From: Kiritimatiellia bacterium
GTDB lineage: Bacteria > Verrucomicrobiota > Kiritimatiellia > CAIKKV01
Assembly (NCBI GenBank): GCA_044346855.1
Contig: JBIIYJ010000004.1
Coordinates: 1 to 50,143, forward strand
Length of the DNA stretch: 50,143 nucleotides
Direction of reading: 5' to 3'
In this document: one piece after another, positions 41,629 through 50,143 of the stretch
How positions within the stretch are numbered: the stretch's first letter is position 1
Layout: each line of letters begins with the position of its first letter
The notes under the pieces: model-generated
What the model saw: only the letters and a program-made list of their open reading frames with translations
What the model was told of the DNA's origin: nothing
The model's database searches: none
Position numbers and translations under genes: made by a program

Positions 41629-42195
41629 ATGAACGGGATGCATGACAAAAGGGAGTCGGGGCGGTTTGGCGTGGCGCTGCTGGCCGTGGCTGTTGCATGC
41701 GGTTGCGGGGAAAAGACCGGGCCGCGCCTCGAAGATGCCCTGGCCGTGGCGCTGGCGCCCGAACATCCGCCACAAGTGTGGATGGTTAAACTGCCGGGAT
41801 TGAACGACGGCGAACACGGAAAGCGCGAACTACGCCAGGCCATGGGCCGGAACAATTTCACCTCCTGGCTGCTGACCTGCCCGGCCGAAGCGTCCGCCCC
41901 CCTTTACTCGGGCGACTTCGAATGGCGTCTGACGCCCAACCCCCACCTCATGTCGTCCTACCTGTCGCATTACGACTCGCTTCTGTCGGCCGACAACATC
42001 TACGAACTCGTCTGGGAATACACGCCCGGCAATGCCGTCCGCGGGTCGTTCCAGGCCCGCACCCCTTACGGGTTGAGGGCGAAATTCCTCTTCGAGGGGA
42101 ATACGAGTTCCGGCATCCTGCGAATCCACAAACTGGCCGTTGCAAAAAAATACTCCATCTATATGATGGATGCGTTTCCCATTGTCGCCCGCTGA
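41629..42195 (+). CDS. Hypothetical protein, possible lipoprotein
   Basis: AGGAGG RBS; hydrophobic stretch ending VAVACGC. Confidence 0.55.
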   Translation: MNGMHDKRESGRFGVALLAVAVACGCGEKTGPRLEDALAVALAPEHPPQVWMVKLPGLNDGEHGKRELRQAMGRNNFTSWLLTCPAEASAPLYSGDFEWRLTPNPHLMSSYLSHYDSLLSADNIYELVWEYTPGNAVRGSFQARTPYGLRAKFLFEGNTSSGILRIHKLAVAKKYSIYMMDAFPIVAR

Positions 42196-42280
42196 CGTCC
42201 GTTGCGGAAGGCACAATGGGCTGGCCTCCTGGGATGGGGTGTTCTATACTGGGCGCCTGTATTTCAAGGAGGCACGCACC

Positions 42281-43255
42281 ATGGACAATCGAATCACCTT
42301 CGGGGCAACCGGCCTTTCCGTCTCCCCCCTCTGTTTCGGCACCTGGCAGCTTTCCCCCCGCTTCTGGGGGCCGCAGTCCAAAACCGAAGCGCTCGCGGCC
42401 ATGCGGGTCGCCTACGACTCGGGAATCAATTTCTTCGACACGGCCGACGCCTACGGCGACGGGCATGCCGAGACAGTGCTTGGCGAATTCCTGGCAGCCA
42501 TTCCGCGCGACCGGGCCATCGTGGCCACCAAGGTCTACAACCACTACAATCCCGACGCCAGCCGCTACCCCGACCTTTCCCCCGCGCACATCGTGGAGCG
42601 ATGCGAAGCCTCGCTCCGCAGGCTGAAGACAGACTGCATCGACCTCTACCTGTGCCATTTCTTCGACCAGCTTACCCCCCTGGCCGAGGTCGCCGCCACC
42701 CTGGAGAAGTTGAAGAAAAGCGGTAAGATCCGGGCGTACGGCGCCAGCAACCACACGGTCGAGCAGCTCCGGGCCGCCCGCCGGTTCGGCGCGTTCGACG
42801 CCCTCCAGCCGGCCTACAGCCTGATCGAACCCGCCGTCGAGGCCGATCTCCTGCCTTATTGCCAGTCGGAAAACATCGGCGTCATGATCTATTCGCCCAT
42901 GCACAAGGGACTGCTGACAGGGAAATATTTCGGAACGGAGACGTTTTCCGACTTCCGGGCCAACCACCAGGACTTCCAGGGGGACCGGTTCATCGCCATC
43001 GCCACCGCCGTGCAGAGCTTGCGCCCGCTGGCGGAAAAATACAACCTGACGATCTACCAGCTTGTCCTGACCGCCACGCTGATGCACCCCTCCATCCAGG
43101 TGGCCGTGCTCGGCATCAAGACCCCTGACCAGATCCGGGAAGCCGTCGGCGCCATGGGGAAGAGGCTTGACCGGCAGGATTACTTCGCCATCCGGACCGC
43201 CCTTTCGCTTGGGCAGACGCACCGGATCAAGGACGCGGGAGGCGCGGTGAAGTGA
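42281..43255 (+). CDS. Aldo/keto reductase
   Basis: GLSVSPLCFGTW, GINFFDTADAYG, VATK, SLRRLKTDCIDLY, YSPMHKGLLTGK; AAGGAGG RBS. Confidence 0.92.
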   Translation: MDNRITFGATGLSVSPLCFGTWQLSPRFWGPQSKTEALAAMRVAYDSGINFFDTADAYGDGHAETVLGEFLAAIPRDRAIVATKVYNHYNPDASRYPDLSPAHIVERCEASLRRLKTDCIDLYLCHFFDQLTPLAEVAATLEKLKKSGKIRAYGASNHTVEQLRAARRFGAFDALQPAYSLIEPAVEADLLPYCQSENIGVMIYSPMHKGLLTGKYFGTETFSDFRANHQDFQGDRFIAIATAVQSLRPLAEKYNLTIYQLVLTATLMHPSIQVAVLGIKTPDQIREAVGAMGKRLDRQDYFAIRTALSLGQTHRIKDAGGAVK

Positions 43256-43473
43256 AGAAGGATCCGGAAATCATCCCGGAAGAGATGGTGGAAGTTCAGG
43301 ATATGCGAGGCCGGCCTACCCGCGGCCCCGGCGCGCCTCCGCCTCCGCCCCCCCGCCCCCGCATCATCTTCAACAACAGGGGCTGCTTCCTGCAGTCCCT
43401 GAATTGCGGGTGCGGCTGCCTGCCCGTCCTCCTGATGCTGGCCGCGATCGTGTTCCTACTCTCGCGCTGCTGA
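43252..43473 (+). CDS. Small Pro/Cys-rich membrane protein
   Basis: GTGA overlap with the AKR stop, GGAGG RBS, C-terminal hydrophobic helix. Confidence 0.55.
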   Translation: MKKDPEIIPEEMVEVQDMRGRPTRGPGAPPPPPPRPRIIFNNRGCFLQSLNCGCGCLPVLLMLAAIVFLLSRC

Positions 43474-43475
43474 GA

Positions 43476-44261
43476 TCAGACGGTAAAGTAGACCATGGAG
43501 TTGAAGTCGGAGGCGTGAACGGGATCGGTCAGCCCCAACTCCTGCTTCACATCCTGAACGGCGTCGAAACCCTTGCCCCTCAGCCGCTTGCTGGCGGTGA
43601 AGCAGGGAACGCCCTTGTCCGCCAGCCACGTCAGCAGAACCGTGCTCTCCTCGCCCCACCCCGAGTCGTAGACGCGCTTGAGAATGTCGTGGGCGCTCAC
43701 GTGCGTGCCGGGTTTGAGCCGGGGGAAAATGTCGCGGATATACCACCTCGCGAAGGGCGCCGCATGATCCGAGTCGATGAAAAGATAGTCGATCACCGGC
43801 GGCAGCTTGTCCACATTCTTGGTCACATCGCCCTGGCAGAAGGTCCACCGGCCCACGGCCAGCTCGGCGGGAACGACGCGGGTCGAGGTGTCGATCAGAT
43901 CATAGGAGTACAGCCGGCCCTTGCCGTTATCCTTCAGCGCGTTGAGGATCCACATGGTGGACCAGCCGCTGGAGGGGGAAATCTCAACCACGGTCTCGGG
44001 CTTGAACTCCCGGAGGAACAGGTAGGTGATCTCGGCTTCCACGTCGCACAGCTGCGGGCTCAGGCCGAACGGCGTTCGCGCGGCCCGGAGCGCCTTCTGC
44101 CGGGAACGGACATCACGGAGGTCAGCCGCGTATTTGCGATAGAGATCCGTGACGAACGCGATCCGGTCGGCGGGCAGGTTCAGCCGCGCCCACAAATCCG
44201 GCTGTGCCAGCAGGACATGCGGCAGCTTGAGCGTGCGGAACAGGCCCGACAACTTGATCAT
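43476..44261 (-). CDS. Class I SAM-dependent methyltransferase (Methyltransf_24-like)
   Basis: KPETVVEISPSSGWST, LYSYD, IDYLFIDSDH, VSAHD; start MIKLSG at 44261. Confidence 0.78.
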   Translation of the reverse strand: MIKLSGLFRTLKLPHVLLAQPDLWARLNLPADRIAFVTDLYRKYAADLRDVRSRQKALRAARTPFGLSPQLCDVEAEITYLFLREFKPETVVEISPSSGWSTMWILNALKDNGKGRLYSYDLIDTSTRVVPAELAVGRWTFCQGDVTKNVDKLPPVIDYLFIDSDHAAPFARWYIRDIFPRLKPGTHVSAHDILKRVYDSGWGEESTVLLTWLADKGVPCFTASKRLRGKGFDAVQDVKQELGLTDPVHASDFNSMVYFTV

Positions 44262-44287
44262 GGTAAGCTCCCCACTCCTCGTTCGAT

Positions 44288-44373
44288 TGGTGCCGGGGAA
44301 GGGAGTCGAACCCTTATGCCCTTGCGGGCGCCAGATTTTGAGTCTAGTGCGTCTGCCATTTCGCCACCCCGGC
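44288..44373 (-). tRNA. tRNA-Leu(CAA)
   Basis: GCCGGGG/CCCCGGC acceptor stem, anticodon arm CTAGA-CTCAAAA-TCTGG, long variable arm, TTCGACT T-loop, encoded CCA; 86 nt. Confidence 0.96.
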
Positions 44374-44414
44374 AATAAACTCCCAGTATCTTACAAACGG
44401 CGACCGGAATTCAA

Positions 44415-44852
44415 TCAAAAACACGTAGCCCAGGCGCCGCGGCCCTTGCGGCGCAACCATCCCGCCAGGAGCGGCCGCAGGCAGGCCGGTTCGAGCCCGG
44501 ACTGCTTCAGTCCGTTGAACGGAACCCAGTGAAAGGACAGGTGCCCCTCCTCCGACGTCGCCGCCCGGGCCGCCGACAACCCCGCGATGGCAACCTCGAA
44601 GACGAGGTTGATTTCCACATGCTGCTTCCCCTTCTGAAGAAAGGCATGCTCCACGCAGCCCAGGAAGCGCTTAACCCGGGCCCGCTTCCCCATCTCCTCG
44701 CGGATCTCCCGGCAAAGCGCCTTTTCCGCGCCTTCGCCAAACTCCACGTGCCCGCCCGGCAGGTAAAGAATGTCGGCCCCCGCCGTCTGGCAGAGCAACA
44801 GCTTCCCGCCGTTGACAAAAACACCCCGCGCCAGCAGTTCGATTTCAGCCAT
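44415..44852 (-). CDS. NUDIX hydrolase
   Basis: Nudix box LPGGHVEFGEGAEKALCREIREEMG. Confidence 0.9.
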   Translation of the reverse strand: MAEIELLARGVFVNGGKLLLCQTAGADILYLPGGHVEFGEGAEKALCREIREEMGKRARVKRFLGCVEHAFLQKGKQHVEINLVFEVAIAGLSAARAATSEEGHLSFHWVPFNGLKQSGLEPACLRPLLAGWLRRKGRGAWATCF

Positions 44853-46170
44853 GGGTTTTCCCCTCCTCCTCCAGCACCTCGCCCGCCAGGAACAGCGAGC
44901 CCGCTATGCAGACCGCCCCGCCCTGCTCCAGCGCCCAGGCCCGCGCCTCCGCCCGCGCCGCCGCCAGATCGGAAACCGTCGCCACCAGCCCCATCTTACG
45001 CGCCTTAAGCGCCACCTGTTCCGGATCGGCGCTACGCGGCGTTTTCAGCCGCACCGCCCAGACCCGCCTGAGCCGCTTCGCCAGCGGCTTGAAAAACCCG
45101 GCCATATCCTTGTCGCCGCACATCCCGCAAATCAAGCCCACCGGCTTTTTCCCGGCCAGTTCCTTCAACGCGTCACCCAGAACGGCCGCGGCGGCCGGAT
45201 TATGACCGCCGTCCAGGATCGTCACCGGTTCCGTCTCCAGGATCTGAAGCCGGCCCGGCCAGCGCGCCGCCTCCAGGCCGGCCGTCACCGCCTCTTTGGG
45301 CAACGGTCGCCCCATTTCCTCGAACGCCGTTTCCAGGGCCGCCACCGCCAGGGCCGCGTTCATCAGCTGATGCCGGCCCAGCAGGCTCAGCCGGACCACG
45401 CCGTAGGACTGGCTTTCCGACTCGATCCGCACCTTCTGTCCGTCAAGGTCCTGCTTCACCCGTTCCACCCGCACCGAGTCGAGCGCATTGACGCACCGGC
45501 TGCCTCGCTCGCGGGCCGTCCGGGCCACCACGGCCTCCGCCTCGGGATCGGGCTGCGCATAGACGACCGGGCGCCCTTTCTTGATGATGCCGCACTTCTC
45601 GCCCGCAATGGCCTGGATGGTGCTGCCCAGATACTCCATGTGCTCCAGGCTCACCGGCGCGATCACCGACGCCAGCGGCAGCACCACGTTGGTGGCGTCC
45701 AGCCGCCCGCCCATCCCGACCTCCACCACGCCCACCTGCACGCGGGCGCGCCGGAAATATTCGAACGCCAAAGCCGTGGTGAATTCGAAAAAGGTCGACT
45801 CCTTCCAGTCGCCGCCCGCCGCCGCTTCTTTTTCGGCGGCTTCCCCGATCTCCCAGAGCGCCAGGAGGTCCGCGTCCGAAACCGGCACGCCCCCGGTTTG
45901 GATCCGCTCGTTGAATCGTACCAGGTGCGGGGAGGTGTAGAGCCCGGTGCGAAAACCCGCCTGGCGGAAAACCGACTCCATCATGGCGCAAACGGACCCT
46001 TTTCCGTTGGTTCCGGCCACGTGAAGGGGCAGAAAGCTTCGCTCGGGGTTGCCCAGGGCCGCGAGGATGGACTCCTCCACCTCAAGCCCCAGCTTGATGC
46101 CGAACGTGCGTCTCGCATACAGCGCCTCCAGCCGATTCGCCAGCGCCTGATCCTCTTTCGCCGTTGTCAC
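44845..46170 (-). CDS. folC: Folylpolyglutamate synthase/dihydrofolate synthase
   Basis: HVAGTNGKGS, YTSPHL, EVGMGGRLDATNV, WPGRLQ, LDGGHNP. Confidence 0.95.
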   Translation of the reverse strand: MTTAKEDQALANRLEALYARRTFGIKLGLEVEESILAALGNPERSFLPLHVAGTNGKGSVCAMMESVFRQAGFRTGLYTSPHLVRFNERIQTGGVPVSDADLLALWEIGEAAEKEAAAGGDWKESTFFEFTTALAFEYFRRARVQVGVVEVGMGGRLDATNVVLPLASVIAPVSLEHMEYLGSTIQAIAGEKCGIIKKGRPVVYAQPDPEAEAVVARTARERGSRCVNALDSVRVERVKQDLDGQKVRIESESQSYGVVRLSLLGRHQLMNAALAVAALETAFEEMGRPLPKEAVTAGLEAARWPGRLQILETEPVTILDGGHNPAAAAVLGDALKELAGKKPVGLICGMCGDKDMAGFFKPLAKRLRRVWAVRLKTPRSADPEQVALKARKMGLVATVSDLAAARAEARAWALEQGGAVCIAGSLFLAGEVLEEEGKTHG

Positions 46171-46366
46171 GACAGCCTCCGTTCACTGCTCCCTCGATCC
46201 GACATCGCAGCCGGTATAATGAGTCAAAGCCGCCAGAAGATGAAGCCGAAAATGGATGCGACTTGACCGGGTCGCCGCATGTCTGAAAAAACCGAACAGG
46301 ACTCTGGCGGATTTGCCCGGATCATGTAGAATCACGGGAGACGGCACTCTAGCGCAGGGAGAACAG

Positions 46367-47380
46367 ATGAAGGTGATTTTCTCATTCGATACCGAGGATT
46401 TTGTCACGCCCGAAGCCGCGGATGCCCAGAAGTGGTGGGCCCGGACGCTGTCAACACGGAATCTTCGCGGCTCGTTTCAGTGCGTGGCCGAGGTGATCCG
46501 GCGTCTGAAGGCACGGGGGCGGCAAGACGTGATCGAGGCGATCGCCCACCATGAAATCGGCTTTCACACCCAATACCACTCCATGCCTCCGGTTCATCCG
46601 ATAGCCGTCGAGAATCTCACGCTGGCGGAAGCCGTGGCCTGGGTTATCCGGCGAGAAGCGGCAGGCGTTGCGGAACTGGCGCAAACCTTTAGCCGCATGC
46701 CCGTCAGTTATTGCCCGCCCGGCGATTCCTGGACGCCGGCCACCCTGATCGCCATGGCCGCCATGGGAATCCGGCTTTTTGTCGGCAACCAGTTTCCCCG
46801 TCCGCACTGGTACTGTGGCCTTCTCGGCGTGAAGTATGACCTGTCGCTGGAGTCCTATTTTTCCGAAGACGGACGGGGGGAAGAACAATTCCATCAGGAT
46901 TTCGCCGCCCTGGCTCAGGCGAGGGGCAAGGACGGACTGATCGTGCTCTACACGCATCCCACCCGGCTTGTGACGTCCCGCTTCTGGGATTACCCGCTGT
47001 ACAAGGGGCGGGTGGTCGCCCTGGAAAACATGCCCCCCGCGCCGCTCGTTTCGCCGGCGGGCATCCTCCGCAACCAGGCGCGGGCGGAACGCCTGCTGGA
47101 CTGGGTCGTCCGTTACCCAAGCGTTGAAACAACGGATTTTGCCAGCGTGTACGCCGCGTGCGCAGGGAGCCGACATGATTTACCCGCCTTGCTGCAGGCC
47201 GCAGGGTTGAAGCCGGGCCAGGAGGGCCTGCTGCCGCTTCGCGAGGAGGCAAGCGAACAGGAGATGGCCGGCTACCTTGAACGATTTGAATACCGTTGGC
47301 CGCCGTTTCCCGCGGATTTCACAGGCGCCGCCATCAGGCGTCAAATGCGTCAACTGGCTTGGACAATCAAACCGGCCTAA
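46367..47380 (+). CDS. Polysaccharide deacetylase-like (CE4/NodB fold) protein
   Basis: FSFDTEDF, HEIGFHTQYHS; GGGAG RBS. Confidence 0.65.
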   Translation: MKVIFSFDTEDFVTPEAADAQKWWARTLSTRNLRGSFQCVAEVIRRLKARGRQDVIEAIAHHEIGFHTQYHSMPPVHPIAVENLTLAEAVAWVIRREAAGVAELAQTFSRMPVSYCPPGDSWTPATLIAMAAMGIRLFVGNQFPRPHWYCGLLGVKYDLSLESYFSEDGRGEEQFHQDFAALAQARGKDGLIVLYTHPTRLVTSRFWDYPLYKGRVVALENMPPAPLVSPAGILRNQARAERLLDWVVRYPSVETTDFASVYAACAGSRHDLPALLQAAGLKPGQEGLLPLREEASEQEMAGYLERFEYRWPPFPADFTGAAIRRQMRQLAWTIKPA

Positions 47381-48111
47381 CCCCTGGCCACGGTGGCCAC
47401 CAGGACCCGCCAGGCGCCCGCCCGCTTCAGGGCGGAGGCCGCCTCCCCGACGGTGGCCCCGGTCGTCATCACGTCGTCCACCAGCAGGATGGTCTTGCCC
47501 CGCACCCAGGACGGCTCGGTCACCACGAACGCGCCCTTCACGTTTTCGATCCTGCCCGCCATGTGAAGCCGGGTTTGCGTGCCCGTATCCCGCACCCGCC
47601 GCATGCCGCGCAGCACGGGCCTGTCAAAGCGTTTCCCCAGTTCAGCGGCCAGGAGGCGCGACTGGTTGTAGGACCGCTCCCGTTCCCGCCGGTGAAACAG
47701 CGGAACAAAGGCGACCAGATCGACCAGCCCCGGATCGTAATGCGCTTCCACGCAGGCCGCCAGCAGGCGGCCCAGGTCAGCGGCCAGGTAGGTGCCCTCG
47801 GAATACTTGAACTGGTGCAGCAGGGCGCGGACCGGCCCGCGGTAGCGGACCGCCGAGCGCGCCAGGTCGTAGGCCGGCTCGCTGCGGACGCACAGGGAAC
47901 AGGTGAACGACTTGGCCGCTTCGCCGTCGATCGGATCGCCGCACCGGGCGCAGAAGGGCTCGGTCACGGGCTGCACCGCGGCCTGGCAGTCGCCGCACAC
48001 GTAGCCCTCCTGCCCGTCGGCGGCCGGCCCCCCGCAGCCCGCGCATTGGCGGGGAAAAACGACGTCCAGGGCGGTCCGCCACCAGCCCCGCAGAGCCGGC
48101 AGCGCCGTCAT
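47377..48111 (-). CDS. comF: ComF family protein (double zinc ribbon plus PRTase)
   Basis: FPRQCAGC, CGDC, CARCG, CSLC, RSYNQS, LLVDDVMTTGAT. Confidence 0.9.
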   Translation of the reverse strand: MTALPALRGWWRTALDVVFPRQCAGCGGPAADGQEGYVCGDCQAAVQPVTEPFCARCGDPIDGEAAKSFTCSLCVRSEPAYDLARSAVRYRGPVRALLHQFKYSEGTYLAADLGRLLAACVEAHYDPGLVDLVAFVPLFHRRERERSYNQSRLLAAELGKRFDRPVLRGMRRVRDTGTQTRLHMAGRIENVKGAFVVTEPSWVRGKTILLVDDVMTTGATVGEAASALKRAGAWRVLVATVARG

Positions 48112-48989
48112 TTGACGTACTTGCCGATGATCGGGGCCAGGCGCCGCTTCACGTCGTCGGAGATGGCGTCGGGCGCGGTCATGATGGCGAACTTCAGCGA
48201 CTCCCGGCAGGCGCAGGCCTTCCGCCGCTTTTCCATGGCCGGGCAGAGCCGGGCGAGAACCTTGCGGGCAAGCGCCACGTTGGCGTTCAGGTGGCCGATG
48301 ATCATCTCCACCGAGACCGCCTCCTCCGTGGCGTGCCAGCAATCGTAGTCGGTCACAAGGGAAATGGCCTGGTAGCACAGCTCGGCCTCCCGGCAGAGCT
48401 TGGCCTCGGCCAGGCTGGTCATGCCGATGATGTCGAAGCCGCTCTCGCGGTAGGACAGCGACTCCGCCCGCGTCGAGAAGGCGGGCCCTTCCATGTTGAC
48501 GTAGGTGCCGCGCTCGAGCAGCCGGCAGTCGCTCTTCTCCTCCTTCAGGAGCGACCACACCTCGCGGGCGATGACGTCCCTTAAAGAGGGACACGAGGGA
48601 TCCCCGAACTGCACGTGCGCCACGATCCCCTTCCCGAAAAAGGTGTGCTCGTCGCGTGTCTTGGTCCGGTCGAAATACTGGTCCGGCAGCACCACGTCGC
48701 GCGGCCGCAGCTCCTCGCGCAGGCTCCCCACCGCGCTGACGGAGACGACGGCGTCCACGCCAAGCGTCTTGAAGGCGTAGATGTTGGCGCGGTGCGGGAT
48801 CTCGGAGGGCAGGAGCCGGTGGCCGCGGGCGTGGCGGGGGAGGAAATAGAGCTCATGCCCTTCCAGCGTGCCGCAGACGAACGCATCGGAGGGGGCTCCG
48901 AACGGGGTCGCGATGGCGCGGGTGGTGACATCCTGAAGACCCGCCAGGTCGTACAATCCGCTTCCGCCGATGATACCGAGCTTGATCAT
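48108..48989 (-). CDS. mtnP: S-methyl-5'-thioadenosine phosphorylase
   Basis: GIIGGSGLY, TPFGAPSD, SAVGSL, MEGPAFSTRAES, VTDYDCWH. Confidence 0.93.
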   Translation of the reverse strand: MIKLGIIGGSGLYDLAGLQDVTTRAIATPFGAPSDAFVCGTLEGHELYFLPRHARGHRLLPSEIPHRANIYAFKTLGVDAVVSVSAVGSLREELRPRDVVLPDQYFDRTKTRDEHTFFGKGIVAHVQFGDPSCPSLRDVIAREVWSLLKEEKSDCRLLERGTYVNMEGPAFSTRAESLSYRESGFDIIGMTSLAEAKLCREAELCYQAISLVTDYDCWHATEEAVSVEMIIGHLNANVALARKVLARLCPAMEKRRKACACRESLKFAIMTAPDAISDDVKRRLAPIIGKYVK

Positions 48990-49050
48990 GTTGTCCTCCC
49001 ATTCACAGTCAGGTTGTCCTCGAGAACTCCGGGATGGTTCGTCCGTTGCC

Positions 49051-50143
49051 TTATTTGCGGGTCATGGCTTCCACGGCGGCGCGGCTACGCTTGACGGCGC
49101 ACAGGGAGCCGCACATGGTGCAGACATCCGGGTCGTGCGGGGCCGACGAATCGCGGTACCGCTGGGCCTTCTCGGGATCAAGCGCCTGCTTGATCATTCC
49201 CTTCCAGTTGAGGCTGCCGCGGGCCGCGCTCATCCGGTTGTCCCACTCGATCGCCCCCGGCAGCCCCTTGGCCACGTCGCCGGCATGCGCGGCGATGCGC
49301 GACGCCATGATGCCTTCGCGCACGTCGTCCAAATCCGGCAGGCGCAGATGCTCCGCGGGCGTCACGTAGCAGAGGAAATCGGCGCCGGCCATGGCGGCCA
49401 CGGCTCCGCCGATCGCCGAGGTGATGTGATCGTAGCCCGGGGCCACGTCGGTGACCAGGGGGCCGAGCACGTAAAGCGGGGCGCCATGGGTCAGCTTCTT
49501 GGCCAGCTGGATGTTGGCGGCCACCTCATTGAGCGGAATATGCCCCGGCCCCTCGATCATCACCTGCACGCCCGCCTTCCAGGCCCGCAAGGTCAATTCG
49601 CCCAGCAGGATCAACTCCTGGAGCTGGGACGAATCGGTCGCGTCGTGCAGGCAACCCGGCCGAAGCCCGTCGCCCAGGCTCAGCGTGATGTCGTGCCGGA
49701 GGCACAGCTCCAGCAACCGGTCGAAATGCTCGAAGAACGGGTTTTCCCGGTCGTTCGCCTGCATCCAGGACAGCAGCAGCGCCCCGCCCCGGCTGACCAC
49801 GTGCGTCAGGCGCCCCCCGACCGCCAGGCGGTCGAAACAAACCCGGGTCAGGCCGGCATGGATGGTCATGAAATCGACGCCGTCCTCGGCGTGGGCCTCG
49901 ACCGTGGCGAAAAGCTGGTCCACCGTCAGCTTTTCGAATTCGCAACCGAACAGGTGCGGGGCGTCGTATACCGGAACGCTGCCGAGAACAAGCGGACACT
50001 CCCGGGCCAATTTGGTCCTGAATTTGCGCGAAATGGGGCTCAGGCTCAGGTCCATCAGGGCATCGGCCCCGTGCTTGACGGACAGGTCGGCCTTGGCCAG
50101 TTCCGTCTCCCAGTTGATGCAGTCCCCGGAGACGCCGAGGTTG
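49051..50143 (-). CDS. thiC: Phosphomethylpyrimidine synthase ThiC family, 5' end beyond window
   Basis: DFMTIHAG, VSRGG, SLGDGLRPG, MIEGPGH, PGYDHITSAIG, YVTPAEHL, CTMCGSLC; a Bza paralogue cannot be excluded. Confidence 0.85.
   Translation of the reverse strand, partial: NLGVSGDCINWETELAKADLSVKHGADALMDLSLSPISRKFRTKLARECPLVLGSVPVYDAPHLFGCEFEKLTVDQLFATVEAHAEDGVDFMTIHAGLTRVCFDRLAVGGRLTHVVSRGGALLLSWMQANDRENPFFEHFDRLLELCLRHDITLSLGDGLRPGCLHDATDSSQLQELILLGELTLRAWKAGVQVMIEGPGHIPLNEVAANIQLAKKLTHGAPLYVLGPLVTDVAPGYDHITSAIGGAVAAMAGADFLCYVTPAEHLRLPDLDDVREGIMASRIAAHAGDVAKGLPGAIEWDNRMSAARGSLNWKGMIKQALDPEKAQRYRDSSAPHDPDVCTMCGSLCAVKRSRAAVEAMTRK

Noticed and set aside
44262-44375. Methyltransferase ORF extension through tRNA-Leu
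   Set aside because: Coincidental open frame; an RBS and ATG sit at 44261.

Overview
A GC-rich bacterial chromosomal window. Gene style suggests an anaerobic PVC-superphylum organism such as Kiritimatiellae or Lentisphaerae, but that is inference only. The left half (1-28 kb) is mostly carbohydrate-catabolic: MDR dehydrogenase, aldo/keto reductase, GH29 fucosidase, URO-D-like protein, EamA, PHP hydrolase, CstA, an AraC/DegT/amidohydrolase/SGNH/FAD-oxidoreductase cluster, and an ogl-like/GntR/eda/kdgK/MFS-HEAT block. It also carries three compact toxin-antitoxin cassettes (AbiE type IV and two PIN-type) and a TolQRA/ExbBD-TonB operon. A housekeeping core follows: rplU, rpmA, obgE, epmA, efp, a metX-metW fusion, cysE and large-form purL. 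Next is a fragmented 38.5-41.2 kb patch with two DUF3494 ice-binding-like remnants and a 5'-truncated BON gene. The window ends with tRNA-Leu(CAA), NUDIX, folC, comF, mtnP and partial thiC. No CRISPR array, integrase, transposase or rRNA was seen. The most notable observations are a recurring leaderless promoter layout (all three TA cassettes included), an L27 lacking its conserved N-terminal HKK, a nested REPIN-like inverted repeat, the four-junction ice-binding locus, an MFS-HEAT fusion, and a probable uncharacterised amino-sugar catabolic cluster. All calls come from motif recognition; no database search was run.
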